IMG/VR virus record: IMGVR_UViG_3300046804_000544
Span: 68,917-132,916 of that record
DNA from: a virus
Length of the DNA stretch: 64,000 nucleotides
Direction: 5' to 3' (one strand)
The notes below the pieces were generated by a model. It had not been told where the DNA came from. It ran no database searches and saw only the letters and a program-made list of their open reading frames with translations. Numbering within the stretch: the first letter of the stretch is position 1; the number at the start of each line of letters is the position of its first letter. Positions 38,749 to 49,467 of this stretch are shown here, piece after piece. Made by a program: the position numbers and the translations under genes.

Positions 38749-39671
38749 GTGAAAATACTACCGATAAAGTAGAATGGTTATATGGATTAGAAGAATATTT
38801 TTTATTTACTAACAAAGAACACTTTGCCGAACATATTCATGATTTTATATCATTAAACTATGTTGACGATCCTACTACAACCCTTAAAAAATTAATTTTA
38901 AAGTCACAAACGCTACCTGCTGATATTTTTAGTAAACATTTAAATTGTTATTTTAACAGCGGAAAAAAAGAATTTAATTTAGTAGAAATTGCAAGCACGC
39001 TTAAAGACGTCACTAACGACAAACTTTTAAATATTATTCATGCTTTTGCAAGAAATAATTTAGATATTAACCAACTTGGGGATGCATTTAGTAAAGGCCA
39101 AGTTCGAAGTAAAATTTGGTTGATTAAAGAATTATCTAATGTATCTACTAGATATAACAATGTAATGGTGCTTGCTGGTTGGTATGGACAATTAAAGTTG
39201 TTCTATGATAGGTTATTAACTTATCATAAAATGAGAATAGTTGATCTGGATCGTACAGCATGTGAAGCAAGTGATTATATTTTTAATTTAAGTAATTTAG
39301 AAAACTACAAAGTTAAAAGTGTATGTGCAGATATTAATAACCTAACTTGTTATAAAACTGGATACGAATGGGATGTTACTAATTTTAAAGAAGGTACAAG
39401 TTATAAAGAAAAATTTTTACCTGATTTAATCATTAATACCAGTGCCGAGCATATGACGGAAGAATGGTTTAATCAAATTAGATTTAAAGAATTTGAATCA
39501 AACCCTATAGTTGCCATTCAAAGTAACAATATGTTTAATTTACCTGAACATGTAAATTGTGTTCATAGCGTTAATCACATGAAGAAAAAGTTCCCTATGA
39601 AAGAAATATTATTTGAAGGAGAACTTCAACTTAAAGGATATAAGCGTGTAATGCTTATAGGAAGACCATGA
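38745..39671 (+). CDS. Class I SAM-dependent methyltransferase-like protein
   Basis: VMVLAGWYG glycine motif, acidic end of beta2 (IVDLD), ADIN, INTSAEHM. Confidence 0.55.
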   Translation: MSENTTDKVEWLYGLEEYFLFTNKEHFAEHIHDFISLNYVDDPTTTLKKLILKSQTLPADIFSKHLNCYFNSGKKEFNLVEIASTLKDVTNDKLLNIIHAFARNNLDINQLGDAFSKGQVRSKIWLIKELSNVSTRYNNVMVLAGWYGQLKLFYDRLLTYHKMRIVDLDRTACEASDYIFNLSNLENYKVKSVCADINNLTCYKTGYEWDVTNFKEGTSYKEKFLPDLIINTSAEHMTEEWFNQIRFKEFESNPIVAIQSNNMFNLPEHVNCVHSVNHMKKKFPMKEILFEGELQLKGYKRVMLIGRP

Positions 39672-39892
39672 TTGATATTGATTCTATGGAATTGAGACAA
39701 TTACAGATAGAAGCAGCTAAAGCTATGTCTGCATATGAAGCTACTAATAACTTCATTCATCAATTTAACAAACAGGCACATCATAACAGTCAAAACTGGT
39801 ATAAAGCAGTAATTAAACATTATGTTAGTGAATATGGCGATTTACCTAGTCTTACTGGCCCTGCAAAAGATATAAAGTTGGTAATGGAATAA
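39668..39892 (+). CDS. Small hypothetical protein (74 aa)
   Basis: ATGA and TAATG overlaps with both neighbours. Confidence 0.65.
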   Translation: MIDIDSMELRQLQIEAAKAMSAYEATNNFIHQFNKQAHHNSQNWYKAVIKHYVSEYGDLPSLTGPAKDIKLVME

Positions 39893-41061
39893 TGTACAAA
39901 TACGATGAAATTAAAACAGTGCATTTAGAAATTACAGATAACTGTAATGCTGCCTGTCCTATGTGTGCCCGCAATATTAATGGCGGACAAGAGAATCCTC
40001 AAGTGCCGGGTACAGAACTTTTTATAGATGATATTAAACGTATATTTGATCCTAATTTTATAAAACAATTAGACCGTATGTATATGTGTGGTAACTACGG
40101 TGACCCAATTGCCGCAAGAGATACATTGGAAACTTTTGCTTACTTTAGGCAACATAACTCAACAGCTATGTTAAGTATGCATACAAACGGCAGCGCCAAA
40201 AAACCAGAATGGTGGGCAGAGTTAGCACGTACGATAGGTCGTAAAGGATATGTGGTTTTTAGTCTAGATGGTTTAGAAGACACTAATCACCTTTATAGAC
40301 AAAATACTGTATGGTCAAAGATAATGGAAAACGCACAAGCCTTTATTGATGCAGGTGGCCGAGCACGTTGGGATTATATTGTATTTGCACATAACGAACA
40401 TCAAGTAGAAGAAGCTGAGCAGTTGGCGAAATCAATGGGATTTGAAAAATTTCAGTTTAAGAAAAGTGCTAGATTTTTTTCAAACGCTAGCGGCGTAACA
40501 AAAGAAATGCATCAGGCAGCAAATCGTAAAGGCATGGCTACTACGTTACTTCAAGCGCCAACTAATCCAAAGTATAGAAATGCAGCCTTAGAAGAATTAA
40601 GTAAAATTGCTAAATCAGAAGCACCTATTAAATTTTTACCTAGCAAACAGGAAGATTTAGAAGGTTATACCTTTCCACAAATATTTCACAAAGACCCTGC
40701 AAAGAAAAAACCTATGGAAAAATACTGGGATGAAGTTCCTATCAAATGTAAAGTAGCAGAAGAAAAGAGCCTTTATGTTTCTGCAGAAGGTATTGTACAG
40801 CCATGTTGCTGGACTGCTGGTCAAATGTACGTTTGGTACTGGACACCTAAAGGTGGACAGATATGGAACTTAATAGATGAAGTTGGCAAAGACAATCTTA
40901 ATGCTAAGTTAAACAGTTTAGAATCAATTGTTAATGGTCGTTTTATGCAAGATCTAGTTCCTAATAGTTGGATCAAATCAAGTTGCTCTGACGGCAAGCT
41001 AGCAGTATGTGCAAAAACATGCGGTACTAAGCATGATGCATTTGCGGAGCAATTTAAGTGA
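39892..41061 (+). CDS. Radical SAM protein with C-terminal twitch/SPASM-like domain
   Basis: CNAACPMC; C-terminal IKC...YVSAEGIVQPCCW...CAKTC. Confidence 0.9.
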   Translation: MYKYDEIKTVHLEITDNCNAACPMCARNINGGQENPQVPGTELFIDDIKRIFDPNFIKQLDRMYMCGNYGDPIAARDTLETFAYFRQHNSTAMLSMHTNGSAKKPEWWAELARTIGRKGYVVFSLDGLEDTNHLYRQNTVWSKIMENAQAFIDAGGRARWDYIVFAHNEHQVEEAEQLAKSMGFEKFQFKKSARFFSNASGVTKEMHQAANRKGMATTLLQAPTNPKYRNAALEELSKIAKSEAPIKFLPSKQEDLEGYTFPQIFHKDPAKKKPMEKYWDEVPIKCKVAEEKSLYVSAEGIVQPCCWTAGQMYVWYWTPKGGQIWNLIDEVGKDNLNAKLNSLESIVNGRFMQDLVPNSWIKSSCSDGKLAVCAKTCGTKHDAFAEQFK

Positions 41062-42044
41062 AACCAATAGCTATTGAATATGTTGATCCAAGAAGGTACG
41101 ATGCAGTATACATAGATTGGACCTTAGGTAATTTTTGTAATTTTAAATGTAGTTATTGCCCAGATAATTTACATGACAATTCTCATCCTATGGCAGATAT
41201 TGAAATTGTAAAAAATTTTGTTAAGAGGGTGTTTGAACATTATACAAAAAATTTAGATAAAAAATATTTTGTTTTTAATCTCATGGGCGGCGAGCCAACA
41301 TTATGGAAAAGCATAGAACCGTTTATCATATGGGTAAAGCAGTACAGTCAAGATTTAGGAATAGTAAGTTATATTGAAATTTTAACTAATGCTAGTAGAA
41401 CTTTACGTTGGTGGAATGACTATATTAAGTATTTTGATTTTGTAAAAATTACACATCACGCAGAATTTGCTGATCCTATACACACAGCATCAGTGGCAGA
41501 TTTAGCTATAGAAAATGGAATACATTCAACTGTGCAGGTTACAATGATACCATCTCTCTGGGATCAGTGCCTATCACATTTAGATCAAATTAAAAAAAGC
41601 AATTATAAGTTTCAAATAGATGTGAAACCTTTGCGTGTTAATTTTGGATCTACGTTATATCCTTACACTACAGAACAGTTTGATTTTTTTAAAAAACCTT
41701 TTAGAAAAAGTGATATTACTAAACCTTTATCTGGATCTGTTGGAATGAAAAGTAAATTTTTATTTTTAGATAAGTCCGAACAAGAAATTAGATATCAAGA
41801 CTTAATTACAAATAAACAAAACAGTTGGATAGGATGGAAATGTTGGGCAGGATTAGATATATTAACAATTAGATCAGATGGATCTTTAAGATTTGGTGGT
41901 GCATGTCTTATGTCGGATACTGGTTTTTTTGATAAAAAAATTACAGATGATAATATTGTTTTCAGAACAGATCCAATTATTTGCAATCAACAATGGTGTA
42001 GCTGCGGCCCTGATATGGAGACTAGAAAATTAAATGAAAACTGA
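41058..42044 (+). CDS. Radical SAM protein with C-terminal Cys cluster
   Basis: CNFKCSYC, GGEP; GWKCWAG...GAC...CNQQWCSC; GTG start with SD GGAG. Confidence 0.9.
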   Translation: MKPIAIEYVDPRRYDAVYIDWTLGNFCNFKCSYCPDNLHDNSHPMADIEIVKNFVKRVFEHYTKNLDKKYFVFNLMGGEPTLWKSIEPFIIWVKQYSQDLGIVSYIEILTNASRTLRWWNDYIKYFDFVKITHHAEFADPIHTASVADLAIENGIHSTVQVTMIPSLWDQCLSHLDQIKKSNYKFQIDVKPLRVNFGSTLYPYTTEQFDFFKKPFRKSDITKPLSGSVGMKSKFLFLDKSEQEIRYQDLITNKQNSWIGWKCWAGLDILTIRSDGSLRFGGACLMSDTGFFDKKITDDNIVFRTDPIICNQQWCSCGPDMETRKLNEN

Positions 42045-43197
42045 TACTATTTGTTTTGTTCCTTTTAGAGAATTGCATATTAATCCTTATGGAAAATATA
42101 GAAATTGTTGCATACAAAAGGAAGTAATGGGTAAGATTAAACCAAATTTAGAAAATCCTAACGAGTGGTTTAAAAAAAATAAACCAATGCAAGATCTTAG
42201 GAATGATCTTATAGTTGGTATAAAAAATAAAAATTGCGATAAGTGTTGGACATTAGAAGATAAAAACTTATCTTCTTACAGATTAAATTGGAATCAACAA
42301 TACAAAAATAAAAACAATATTGATTTAGAAAGTCGAATTGAAGTACTAGATTTGCGTCTAGGAAATAAATGTAATCTACAGTGCAGAATGTGCAATTCAA
42401 CTTGGAGCGACCAAATATCTAAACAGATAGAAGAATTAACTGCTCTTGGCGTAAAAAATTCTTATACTCAAATGCCTATAACAGGAGTTATTCAGCAGTC
42501 ATCTGATTTTATGAATGATTTATTTTATTTTGTAAAAAACACTCCAACCTTAAAAGAAATAAAATTAGCCGGAGGCGAGCCTTTTGTAATGGACGAAGTA
42601 GAAGAATTTTTAGCTAAATTAGTTGAAAATAAAATTACAAATTTAGAATTAAGTTTATTAACAAACGTTACTGTAGTAAAAGATAGAATAGTTGAAATTT
42701 TAGAAAAATTTTCAAGTACACATATACAATGTAGTATAGATGGTATAGGAGAATTGTTAGAGTATCAACGTTTTCCTAGTAAATGGTCAGTGATAGAAAG
42801 AAACTTTATTAAATTATATAACTCTTTGTTAACAGTTAATTTAACTCCGTGTTGGAGTAATTTAAACATTTTATCTGTAGCAGATTTTTTAGAATGGACT
42901 AACCAATTTCCAAAAAGTCATGTAGCGTATAACGAAGTTACAACTCCTACTTATTTAGATTGGAAATTAGTACCGTTGGCTGCTAGAAAAAATACAATTA
43001 ACAAATTATCTTTAATTACTATGCATTCTAAAGTACACAAAGATTATTCAAAATTTATCCAACAATTCTCTTCAGAAGCTAGAACTTTTACTGATGAAGA
43101 ATTAATCAAATATGCTGATGCAATTGAATCTTGGGACTTAATTTCTAAAATTAAATATAAAGATTTATATTCTTGGAACGAACAGATACTTAAATAA
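42034..43197 (+). CDS. Radical SAM protein with N-terminal twitch-like domain
   Basis: N-terminal C..PF...G.YRNCC...CDKC; CNLQCRMC; AGGEPF. Confidence 0.9.
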   Translation: MKTDTICFVPFRELHINPYGKYRNCCIQKEVMGKIKPNLENPNEWFKKNKPMQDLRNDLIVGIKNKNCDKCWTLEDKNLSSYRLNWNQQYKNKNNIDLESRIEVLDLRLGNKCNLQCRMCNSTWSDQISKQIEELTALGVKNSYTQMPITGVIQQSSDFMNDLFYFVKNTPTLKEIKLAGGEPFVMDEVEEFLAKLVENKITNLELSLLTNVTVVKDRIVEILEKFSSTHIQCSIDGIGELLEYQRFPSKWSVIERNFIKLYNSLLTVNLTPCWSNLNILSVADFLEWTNQFPKSHVAYNEVTTPTYLDWKLVPLAARKNTINKLSLITMHSKVHKDYSKFIQQFSSEARTFTDEELIKYADAIESWDLISKIKYKDLYSWNEQILK

Positions 43198-43200
43198 AAC

Positions 43201-44604
43201 ATGAAAGAAAAATACCCTAGTAAGACTTTTTGCATATTGCCGTGGATCCATCTGAGTACTAGGCCGGATGGTAGTATGCGTGTATGTTGTACAGCTAATG
43301 CCAGCGGCGTAGGCCCAACTAATGACAAAAAATTAGGCGGAGCTCAAGTAGGAGTTATCAAAGACGAAACAGGTCTTCCTAGCAATTTGAATATAATGGA
43401 TTTTCAAACTGCATGGAATAGTACCTACATGAAAAATGTCCGCAAACAAATGTTAGCGGGAGAACAGCCTCCTAGTTGTTTAAAGTGCTATAAGGAAGAA
43501 GCCGCAGGTCATAACAGTAAGCGTATGTGGGAAACAGAGTATTGGAGTCAACGGGTTAGTATTGACAATTTATTAGCTAATACAAAAGAAGATGGCAGCG
43601 TTCCACCTGAGCTAACTTACATTGATTTACGTTTTGGTACTAAGTGCCAGCTAGGATGTGTCATGTGTAGTCCGCATGACAGCAGCGGTTGGATTAAAGA
43701 CTGGCAAAAGATTTTTCCTACTATTGAAAATCCGCACGTTAGAAAAATTTGGGACTGGGAAAACAAAGGCAGCAATAATGGAAGCAGTTATAATTGGCAT
43801 AAAAATAATCCAGAATTTTGGAAACAGTTTTATGAACAGATTCCTCACATGCAACAAGTTTATTTTGCTGGAGGCGAACCTTTAATTATTGACGAACATT
43901 ACGAAATATTAGAAGAAATTATTCGTCAAGGTCGTGCAGCAGATATTGAAATACGCTATAATAGTAATGGTGTAGAGTGGCGTGATGATCTATTTGAGTT
44001 ATGGAGTCATTTTAAATTAGTGCGTTTTCATTATAGCGTTGACAGCATAGGGCCTATGAATGAGTATATTCGTTATCCTAGCAAATGGGAACGTACACAA
44101 GAAGTATTTAGAATACTAGATGAGCAAACAACAGACAACGTTGAAGTTACTATTGCCTGTGCAGTACAGGCATTAAATATCTATTATATTCCAGATTTCT
44201 TAAAATGGAAATTACAGCAGAATTTTAAGAAAGTAAACATGTGGCCCTTAGGTGCAGGCGGTATAAATTATCACTTTGTCTACTGGCCTGCGTTTTTAAA
44301 CGTCAAAGTTTTACCACAATGGTTTAAAGACGAATGTGAACGTAAGTATGAAGAATTTATTCCGTGGTTTGAAGAAAACTGGGAATTGTGCCTTGCTGAA
44401 AAAGACCGAGGTACTGTTAGTAAAGAAAAATGGTTAGCTAACGGTTATGGTATAAAGAGACTGCGGGGAATGATTAGTTTTATGAAATCTGAAGACTGGA
44501 GTAACAGATTACCAGAAATGAAAGAATATTTAGAAAAAATAGATGCTCATAGGGGTATTAGTTTTTATCAAATATTCCCCGAAATGAAAGAAATATTTGA
44601 TTAA
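43201..44604 (+). CDS. Radical SAM protein with N-terminal twitch-like domain
   Basis: FCILPW...DGSMRVCC...CLKC; CQLGCVMC; AGGEPL; YIRYPSKW. Confidence 0.9.
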   Translation: MKEKYPSKTFCILPWIHLSTRPDGSMRVCCTANASGVGPTNDKKLGGAQVGVIKDETGLPSNLNIMDFQTAWNSTYMKNVRKQMLAGEQPPSCLKCYKEEAAGHNSKRMWETEYWSQRVSIDNLLANTKEDGSVPPELTYIDLRFGTKCQLGCVMCSPHDSSGWIKDWQKIFPTIENPHVRKIWDWENKGSNNGSSYNWHKNNPEFWKQFYEQIPHMQQVYFAGGEPLIIDEHYEILEEIIRQGRAADIEIRYNSNGVEWRDDLFELWSHFKLVRFHYSVDSIGPMNEYIRYPSKWERTQEVFRILDEQTTDNVEVTIACAVQALNIYYIPDFLKWKLQQNFKKVNMWPLGAGGINYHFVYWPAFLNVKVLPQWFKDECERKYEEFIPWFEENWELCLAEKDRGTVSKEKWLANGYGIKRLRGMISFMKSEDWSNRLPEMKEYLEKIDAHRGISFYQIFPEMKEIFD

Positions 44605-44617
44605 GGAGCAACAATTT

Positions 44618-45628
44618 ATGTACGAATCATTGCACGGAGAACCTATTGTATTAAAATCAATACAACGAGAAACTAAAGAAATTAATTCAAGATGGCAAAA
44701 AGATAATCCCTACGATGAACCACACGAGGGCTTTATGATGCACCTTAGAGATCCTCATGTTGTACAAAATATTGCAGAGCATTTAGAACCTGCAAAAATG
44801 TTTGTTGAAGACGAACTATCTTTTACTAGAGATGAGTTAAAATGGCTATATGGTTTTGCATTCAGTGAATGTTTAAATGTAAGACACAATGCAAATGGAA
44901 CAATTTTTATGTCAGGAAACTTACATAAAATTGTTGAAAAATTCATTAACAAGCTATCTAAAATTCTTCCAGGCTGTGAAAATAGCCCAAGTGTTGCTGG
45001 AAATTTTTTAATAACACCAAGTCAATACGGATTACACACTGACAGTACTCGAGAAAGTGACTGGGTGAATAGCCTTAGCAAAATTCCTCTAGGTGATAGT
45101 AGACGAAAATATGTACCCTGGAGAAATATACTTATTCCTATGTGGATTGGTGGATCTCCTGACACTGTTAGTCACGCAGTATTTTTTGATCAGCGGCACA
45201 TTGATTTTGCTCATGTGTACCTCCATGGAAGACCATATGACAAAGATCCTGCAACCACATATCCTATTGTGTATAATCATAGTGAAATTGATTTTTACAA
45301 TGAACAGGGAAAGTTAATTTCTCGAGAAGACAACAATCAACCTTACGATGTAGAACATTGGAAACAGTATTTAGAATATACACCATATAAAAGATTAACA
45401 GGATTAACACCATCTTTAACTACAGAATGGATTCCTGGTAAACCTTTTGTGTTTGATGCATTTCAATTGCATGCCACTAATAGAGGAACTAATGTTCTTT
45501 ACGGTTATAAACATGTTCAAATTGATAAACAAGGAATAGAAACTGGAGTTTCAAAAATAGTATTAGAAAGAGATACTTGGGCATTAAAAATGGGACTTTT
45601 ACTAACATTCTTACGCGAGGTAAAATGA
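44618..45628 (+). CDS. Fe(II)/2-oxoglutarate oxygenase-like protein (DSBH fold)
   Basis: GLHTD (HxD) and distal QLHAT His with preceding FVFD; SD AAGGAG before ATG 44618. Confidence 0.55.
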   Translation: MYESLHGEPIVLKSIQRETKEINSRWQKDNPYDEPHEGFMMHLRDPHVVQNIAEHLEPAKMFVEDELSFTRDELKWLYGFAFSECLNVRHNANGTIFMSGNLHKIVEKFINKLSKILPGCENSPSVAGNFLITPSQYGLHTDSTRESDWVNSLSKIPLGDSRRKYVPWRNILIPMWIGGSPDTVSHAVFFDQRHIDFAHVYLHGRPYDKDPATTYPIVYNHSEIDFYNEQGKLISREDNNQPYDVEHWKQYLEYTPYKRLTGLTPSLTTEWIPGKPFVFDAFQLHATNRGTNVLYGYKHVQIDKQGIETGVSKIVLERDTWALKMGLLLTFLREVK

Positions 45629-46836
45629 AAACAAAAACTTTTTGTGTAATGCCTTGGAATAGTATTGCTACTAATGCATCGGGTGTTTATAGAGTTTGTT
45701 GTAATAGTACCCCGGGAAAAAATACAATCAATAATGAAAATGGCGTTCCGATGAAAATTTTTCAATACACGCCAACAGAAATTTGGAATAGCTCTACTTA
45801 TACAAAAATAAGAGAACAGATGTTAGCAGGCGAACAACCTGAAATGTGTGAACGATGTTTTAAAGAAGAAGCTTCAGGTATCGATAGTGCTAGAATAAAT
45901 TGGAATAAACGTTGGTACAAAGAAGACCGAGAGTATGCTGTAGAAGAAACCCCCAATATTCAATATGTTGATTTAAGATTAGGAAATCTCTGTAATCTAA
46001 AGTGTAGAATGTGTAACCCTTATAGTAGTAATCAATGGGTAGAAGAATGGAATGCTGTAGTAGATAAAGCTGAATTAGTTCCAAATTTTCCAATTAGCAA
46101 TGAAGAAGCTACCAGATTGTCAAAATTAGATTGGCCAAAGAATGAAAAAACTTGGGATAGCTTAATAGAAATTGCAGACACAATTGAAGAAATATACCTA
46201 ACAGGCGGAGAGCCAACGTTAGCAATAGAGCAGTATAAGCTATTTGACCTTTTAATTGAAAAACAATTATCTAAAAAAATTAAATTAAAATACAATACAA
46301 ATTTAACTAATATTCCTAAAAAAATGATCGAATATTGGAATAATTTTAAACGTATACAAATAAATGCTAGTATTGATGCATTTAAAGATTTAAATCGTTA
46401 CATAAGGTATCCTACAGCTTGGTCTAGCGTTGAAAAAAATATGGATCAATTTTCTAATATGCAAAATGTAGAAGTGCAATTACATTGCACAGTTCAAACC
46501 TATAACATATTAAATCTACATGAATTATTTGAATGGATGAAAAAATACCCGACAGTTAAATTATATTTAAACATATTGAATCATCCTCGATCTATGAATA
46601 TACGTGTATTACCAGAAGAACTTAAAGAACTAGCAGAAAAAAGATTGCAGCCATATTTACATCTTCCAAAAGTCCAGCAAACAATAAAATACATGAATGA
46701 TAAAAACGAAAGTGAATACTTAAAAGAATTCTTTGATTATACAATTACATTAGATGAAATGCGTAATCAAGACTTTTTTAATCTAGTTCCAGAGTTTAGG
46801 AAATTTTTTATCTCAACGTACCACACAACTGAATAA
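45625..46836 (+). CDS. Radical SAM protein with N-terminal twitch-like domain
   Basis: FCVMPW...GVYRVCC...CERC; CNLKCRMC; TGGEPT; YIRYPTAW; ATG 45625 overlaps previous stop. Confidence 0.9.
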   Translation: MKTKTFCVMPWNSIATNASGVYRVCCNSTPGKNTINNENGVPMKIFQYTPTEIWNSSTYTKIREQMLAGEQPEMCERCFKEEASGIDSARINWNKRWYKEDREYAVEETPNIQYVDLRLGNLCNLKCRMCNPYSSNQWVEEWNAVVDKAELVPNFPISNEEATRLSKLDWPKNEKTWDSLIEIADTIEEIYLTGGEPTLAIEQYKLFDLLIEKQLSKKIKLKYNTNLTNIPKKMIEYWNNFKRIQINASIDAFKDLNRYIRYPTAWSSVEKNMDQFSNMQNVEVQLHCTVQTYNILNLHELFEWMKKYPTVKLYLNILNHPRSMNIRVLPEELKELAEKRLQPYLHLPKVQQTIKYMNDKNESEYLKEFFDYTITLDEMRNQDFFNLVPEFRKFFISTYHTTE

Positions 46837-46840
46837 TTTT

Positions 46841-48070
46841 ATGAAACATATTGTCTGTAGTAAAATGTGGACGGATATTAATCTTAATATACCTACTAAA
46901 GAAATCAAAAATTGTTGTAAGAGACAATCTACTAAGTTATCAGTAAACGAACTTAAATTTTTAGGAAAAGACAGTTTTACAAAAAATCAAATGATTGTTG
47001 ACGATAAAAAATTTATGGTTGACAATAATCAACTACCTGGAGCATGTTATGGTTGTAAAATGACATGGCCTAATTCTCTTTGGAAAGTTTGGAATGTATG
47101 GAAAGATAAAGACTGGACAGCAGACCAATTGGAAAATCTTAAAAGTCAAGATCATGTCCATCAAATTGAAATTATGTTAGGAATTACCTGTAATCAGTCC
47201 TGTATGTATTGTACAGAGTTTGTTAGTAGTATGTGGGCGGACATAAAAGGTATTCCAATTACAACTGATACGGAATGGGAAGATCAAGCATTAGCAAATT
47301 TATACGAATACATCGAATCTGAAAGATATAATGATAAAAATTATATAATGTATAATTTTTTAGGTGGAGAACCATTTTTAGAATTGAGAATTTTTGAAGT
47401 AGTAGAAAAATTAATTGCAATTCATAGGTTTAAATCTATTCCTAATAAAAAAATTATTATACACATGACTACTAATTTAAACATCAAGAGTAAAACTCTT
47501 GACCGTTATTTAGAAATAGTAGAAAAAAATCTAGATATAGAATGGGGTATAAGTGCTAGCCTTGATTCTATTGGCCGGCAAGGTGAAGAAATAAGAGACG
47601 GATTAATTTTTTCTAGATTTGAAGAAAATTTAGAAAAGATTTATGCTTCTAATAAATTCCGTCATGTCTCTATATTACCGTCAGTTAGTGCATTAAGTAT
47701 TCCAAATAAAGCTGATTTAATTAATTGGTTTTTAAATCTAACTAAAAAGTATAGAAATTTATCCAATTTTGGTCATACTTTTAATATTGGACAAAATATA
47801 GTTACATGGCCCGATGCAATGCATCCGGGGATATTGACTGACAATTATAAAACAGAAATAGATAAGTGCATTCAAATAATAGAAACATTAGATAGAAGCA
47901 ACGCCGATACAAAAAAATATTTAGATCATCTAAACAATTTAAAACAGCTAATTGGAACAAAACGCCAACCAGAATATTTAAATAATGCCAAAGAATGGTA
48001 TATAAATCAAGGTAAGTTAAAAAATAAAAATTACTTTGATATTTTTCCATTCTTGAATGAAATATTATAA
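46841..48070 (+). CDS. Radical SAM protein with N-terminal twitch-like domain (divergent)
   Basis: VCSKMW...KNCC...CYGC; CNQSCMYC; LGGEPF. Confidence 0.88.
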   Translation: MKHIVCSKMWTDINLNIPTKEIKNCCKRQSTKLSVNELKFLGKDSFTKNQMIVDDKKFMVDNNQLPGACYGCKMTWPNSLWKVWNVWKDKDWTADQLENLKSQDHVHQIEIMLGITCNQSCMYCTEFVSSMWADIKGIPITTDTEWEDQALANLYEYIESERYNDKNYIMYNFLGGEPFLELRIFEVVEKLIAIHRFKSIPNKKIIIHMTTNLNIKSKTLDRYLEIVEKNLDIEWGISASLDSIGRQGEEIRDGLIFSRFEENLEKIYASNKFRHVSILPSVSALSIPNKADLINWFLNLTKKYRNLSNFGHTFNIGQNIVTWPDAMHPGILTDNYKTEIDKCIQIIETLDRSNADTKKYLDHLNNLKQLIGTKRQPEYLNNAKEWYINQGKLKNKNYFDIFPFLNEIL

Positions 48071-49467
48071 TGAATAATTTGTCTATTAATTTTGTTACGC
48101 CAAAAGATCAAAGAAGAGAAAAGTTATTATTTGTTTTTTGGAATGATTATTTTTGTAAAAAACAAAAATATTCTTACGATTTTTCCTATGCTAATGACCT
48201 AATGCATATGACTCAGATGATAGCAAACAGTATGCTATATCATAATTATGATAGAATATTGTGCTATAACTTAGAAGAAGCATTAGAATTGGCGGCTGCT
48301 TCAAATTTTAAAAATGTTGTAGTACATAGTCCTGGATCTATTATAAACAAAAACCATAATAATTTTGTGCTAGATTACATTAAAAATAAAGATTATTTTA
48401 TTGCAGGGCATATTTTAGACGGACGCCCTAAAAACAAATACCTACATCTTCACGAGCAGTGTTTTGTAGTAAATTTAGATCATTTTAATAATTTTGATCA
48501 TAAACTTGATTTTACCTGTAATCAAGAAAAAACATTTCAAGATTATTATAGAAGTACAGAAAATTTTCACGATGATTATACACCTTTATGGGTTAAAGGA
48601 TTGAATACAACACTAACAACAAAAAATTATGACTGGTCAGCGTCTTGGTTAGATTATGGATTAAAAACAAATACACTGTATATGTTTATTGAAGGCATTA
48701 GGGGAAATAAATTTCATATGTATCCTGAAACTCCTAAACATAGAGAAACGTGGTATGGAAGTATTAACGAAGAAAATCAACTAAGCAGAATACTAGATTC
48801 TGCATGTAAAATTGACACGCAGCAACACATTTTTAATAACGAAAATTTTTCAAAAAGTTCTGCTTACACAGTTAAAGACAATATTGATACTCTAATTGTT
48901 CCAGCCAGCGGATTTTTTAGTGTCCACGCATTTAAACACTTTAAACCTAAAAAAATAATTTACTATGATATTGATACTAAAACTTTAAATTTAAGAAAAA
49001 TTATAAATGATCATTGGAATGCAATCACTCCTATAAGGGATATATTTGTAGATGGTATTAATCCGTTTCAAGACATTGAAATACCTCAGATACAGCTTAT
49101 TGATAACGACTGGATTAAATCTCAAGACGAAGCAGAAGTTGTTTGGAAGGAATTTCAACTTGTTGAAAAAGAATACCATTGTATTGATATTATACACAAC
49201 TATGATCAATTATTATCAATTGTGCCCGATAGTAATACGTTTATATGGTTAAACAGCATTTATACATATTCGATAAACATTTGGAACCATAGACCAAGTA
49301 AAATTTTTGAATCTTATTATAACTTTGTATATGGGTTAAAAAAGAAACAATCTAAGATTTGGGTCGATGTGAAAGAACCAACAGGTCAATACAGATGTTT
49401 TGAGGTACATGGTTATGTTCCAGATGCTGTTATGATGGGCTATGCTAACTACACTAGGTTTTTATAA
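48070..49467 (+). CDS. Two-domain hypothetical enzyme; C-terminal half Rossmann/SAM-binding-like
   Basis: TLIVPASG...IIYYDID...CIDII...FIWLNSIYTY; similar pattern in the N-terminal part of 50003. Confidence 0.4.
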   Translation: MNNLSINFVTPKDQRREKLLFVFWNDYFCKKQKYSYDFSYANDLMHMTQMIANSMLYHNYDRILCYNLEEALELAAASNFKNVVVHSPGSIINKNHNNFVLDYIKNKDYFIAGHILDGRPKNKYLHLHEQCFVVNLDHFNNFDHKLDFTCNQEKTFQDYYRSTENFHDDYTPLWVKGLNTTLTTKNYDWSASWLDYGLKTNTLYMFIEGIRGNKFHMYPETPKHRETWYGSINEENQLSRILDSACKIDTQQHIFNNENFSKSSAYTVKDNIDTLIVPASGFFSVHAFKHFKPKKIIYYDIDTKTLNLRKIINDHWNAITPIRDIFVDGINPFQDIEIPQIQLIDNDWIKSQDEAEVVWKEFQLVEKEYHCIDIIHNYDQLLSIVPDSNTFIWLNSIYTYSINIWNHRPSKIFESYYNFVYGLKKKQSKIWVDVKEPTGQYRCFEVHGYVPDAVMMGYANYTRFL

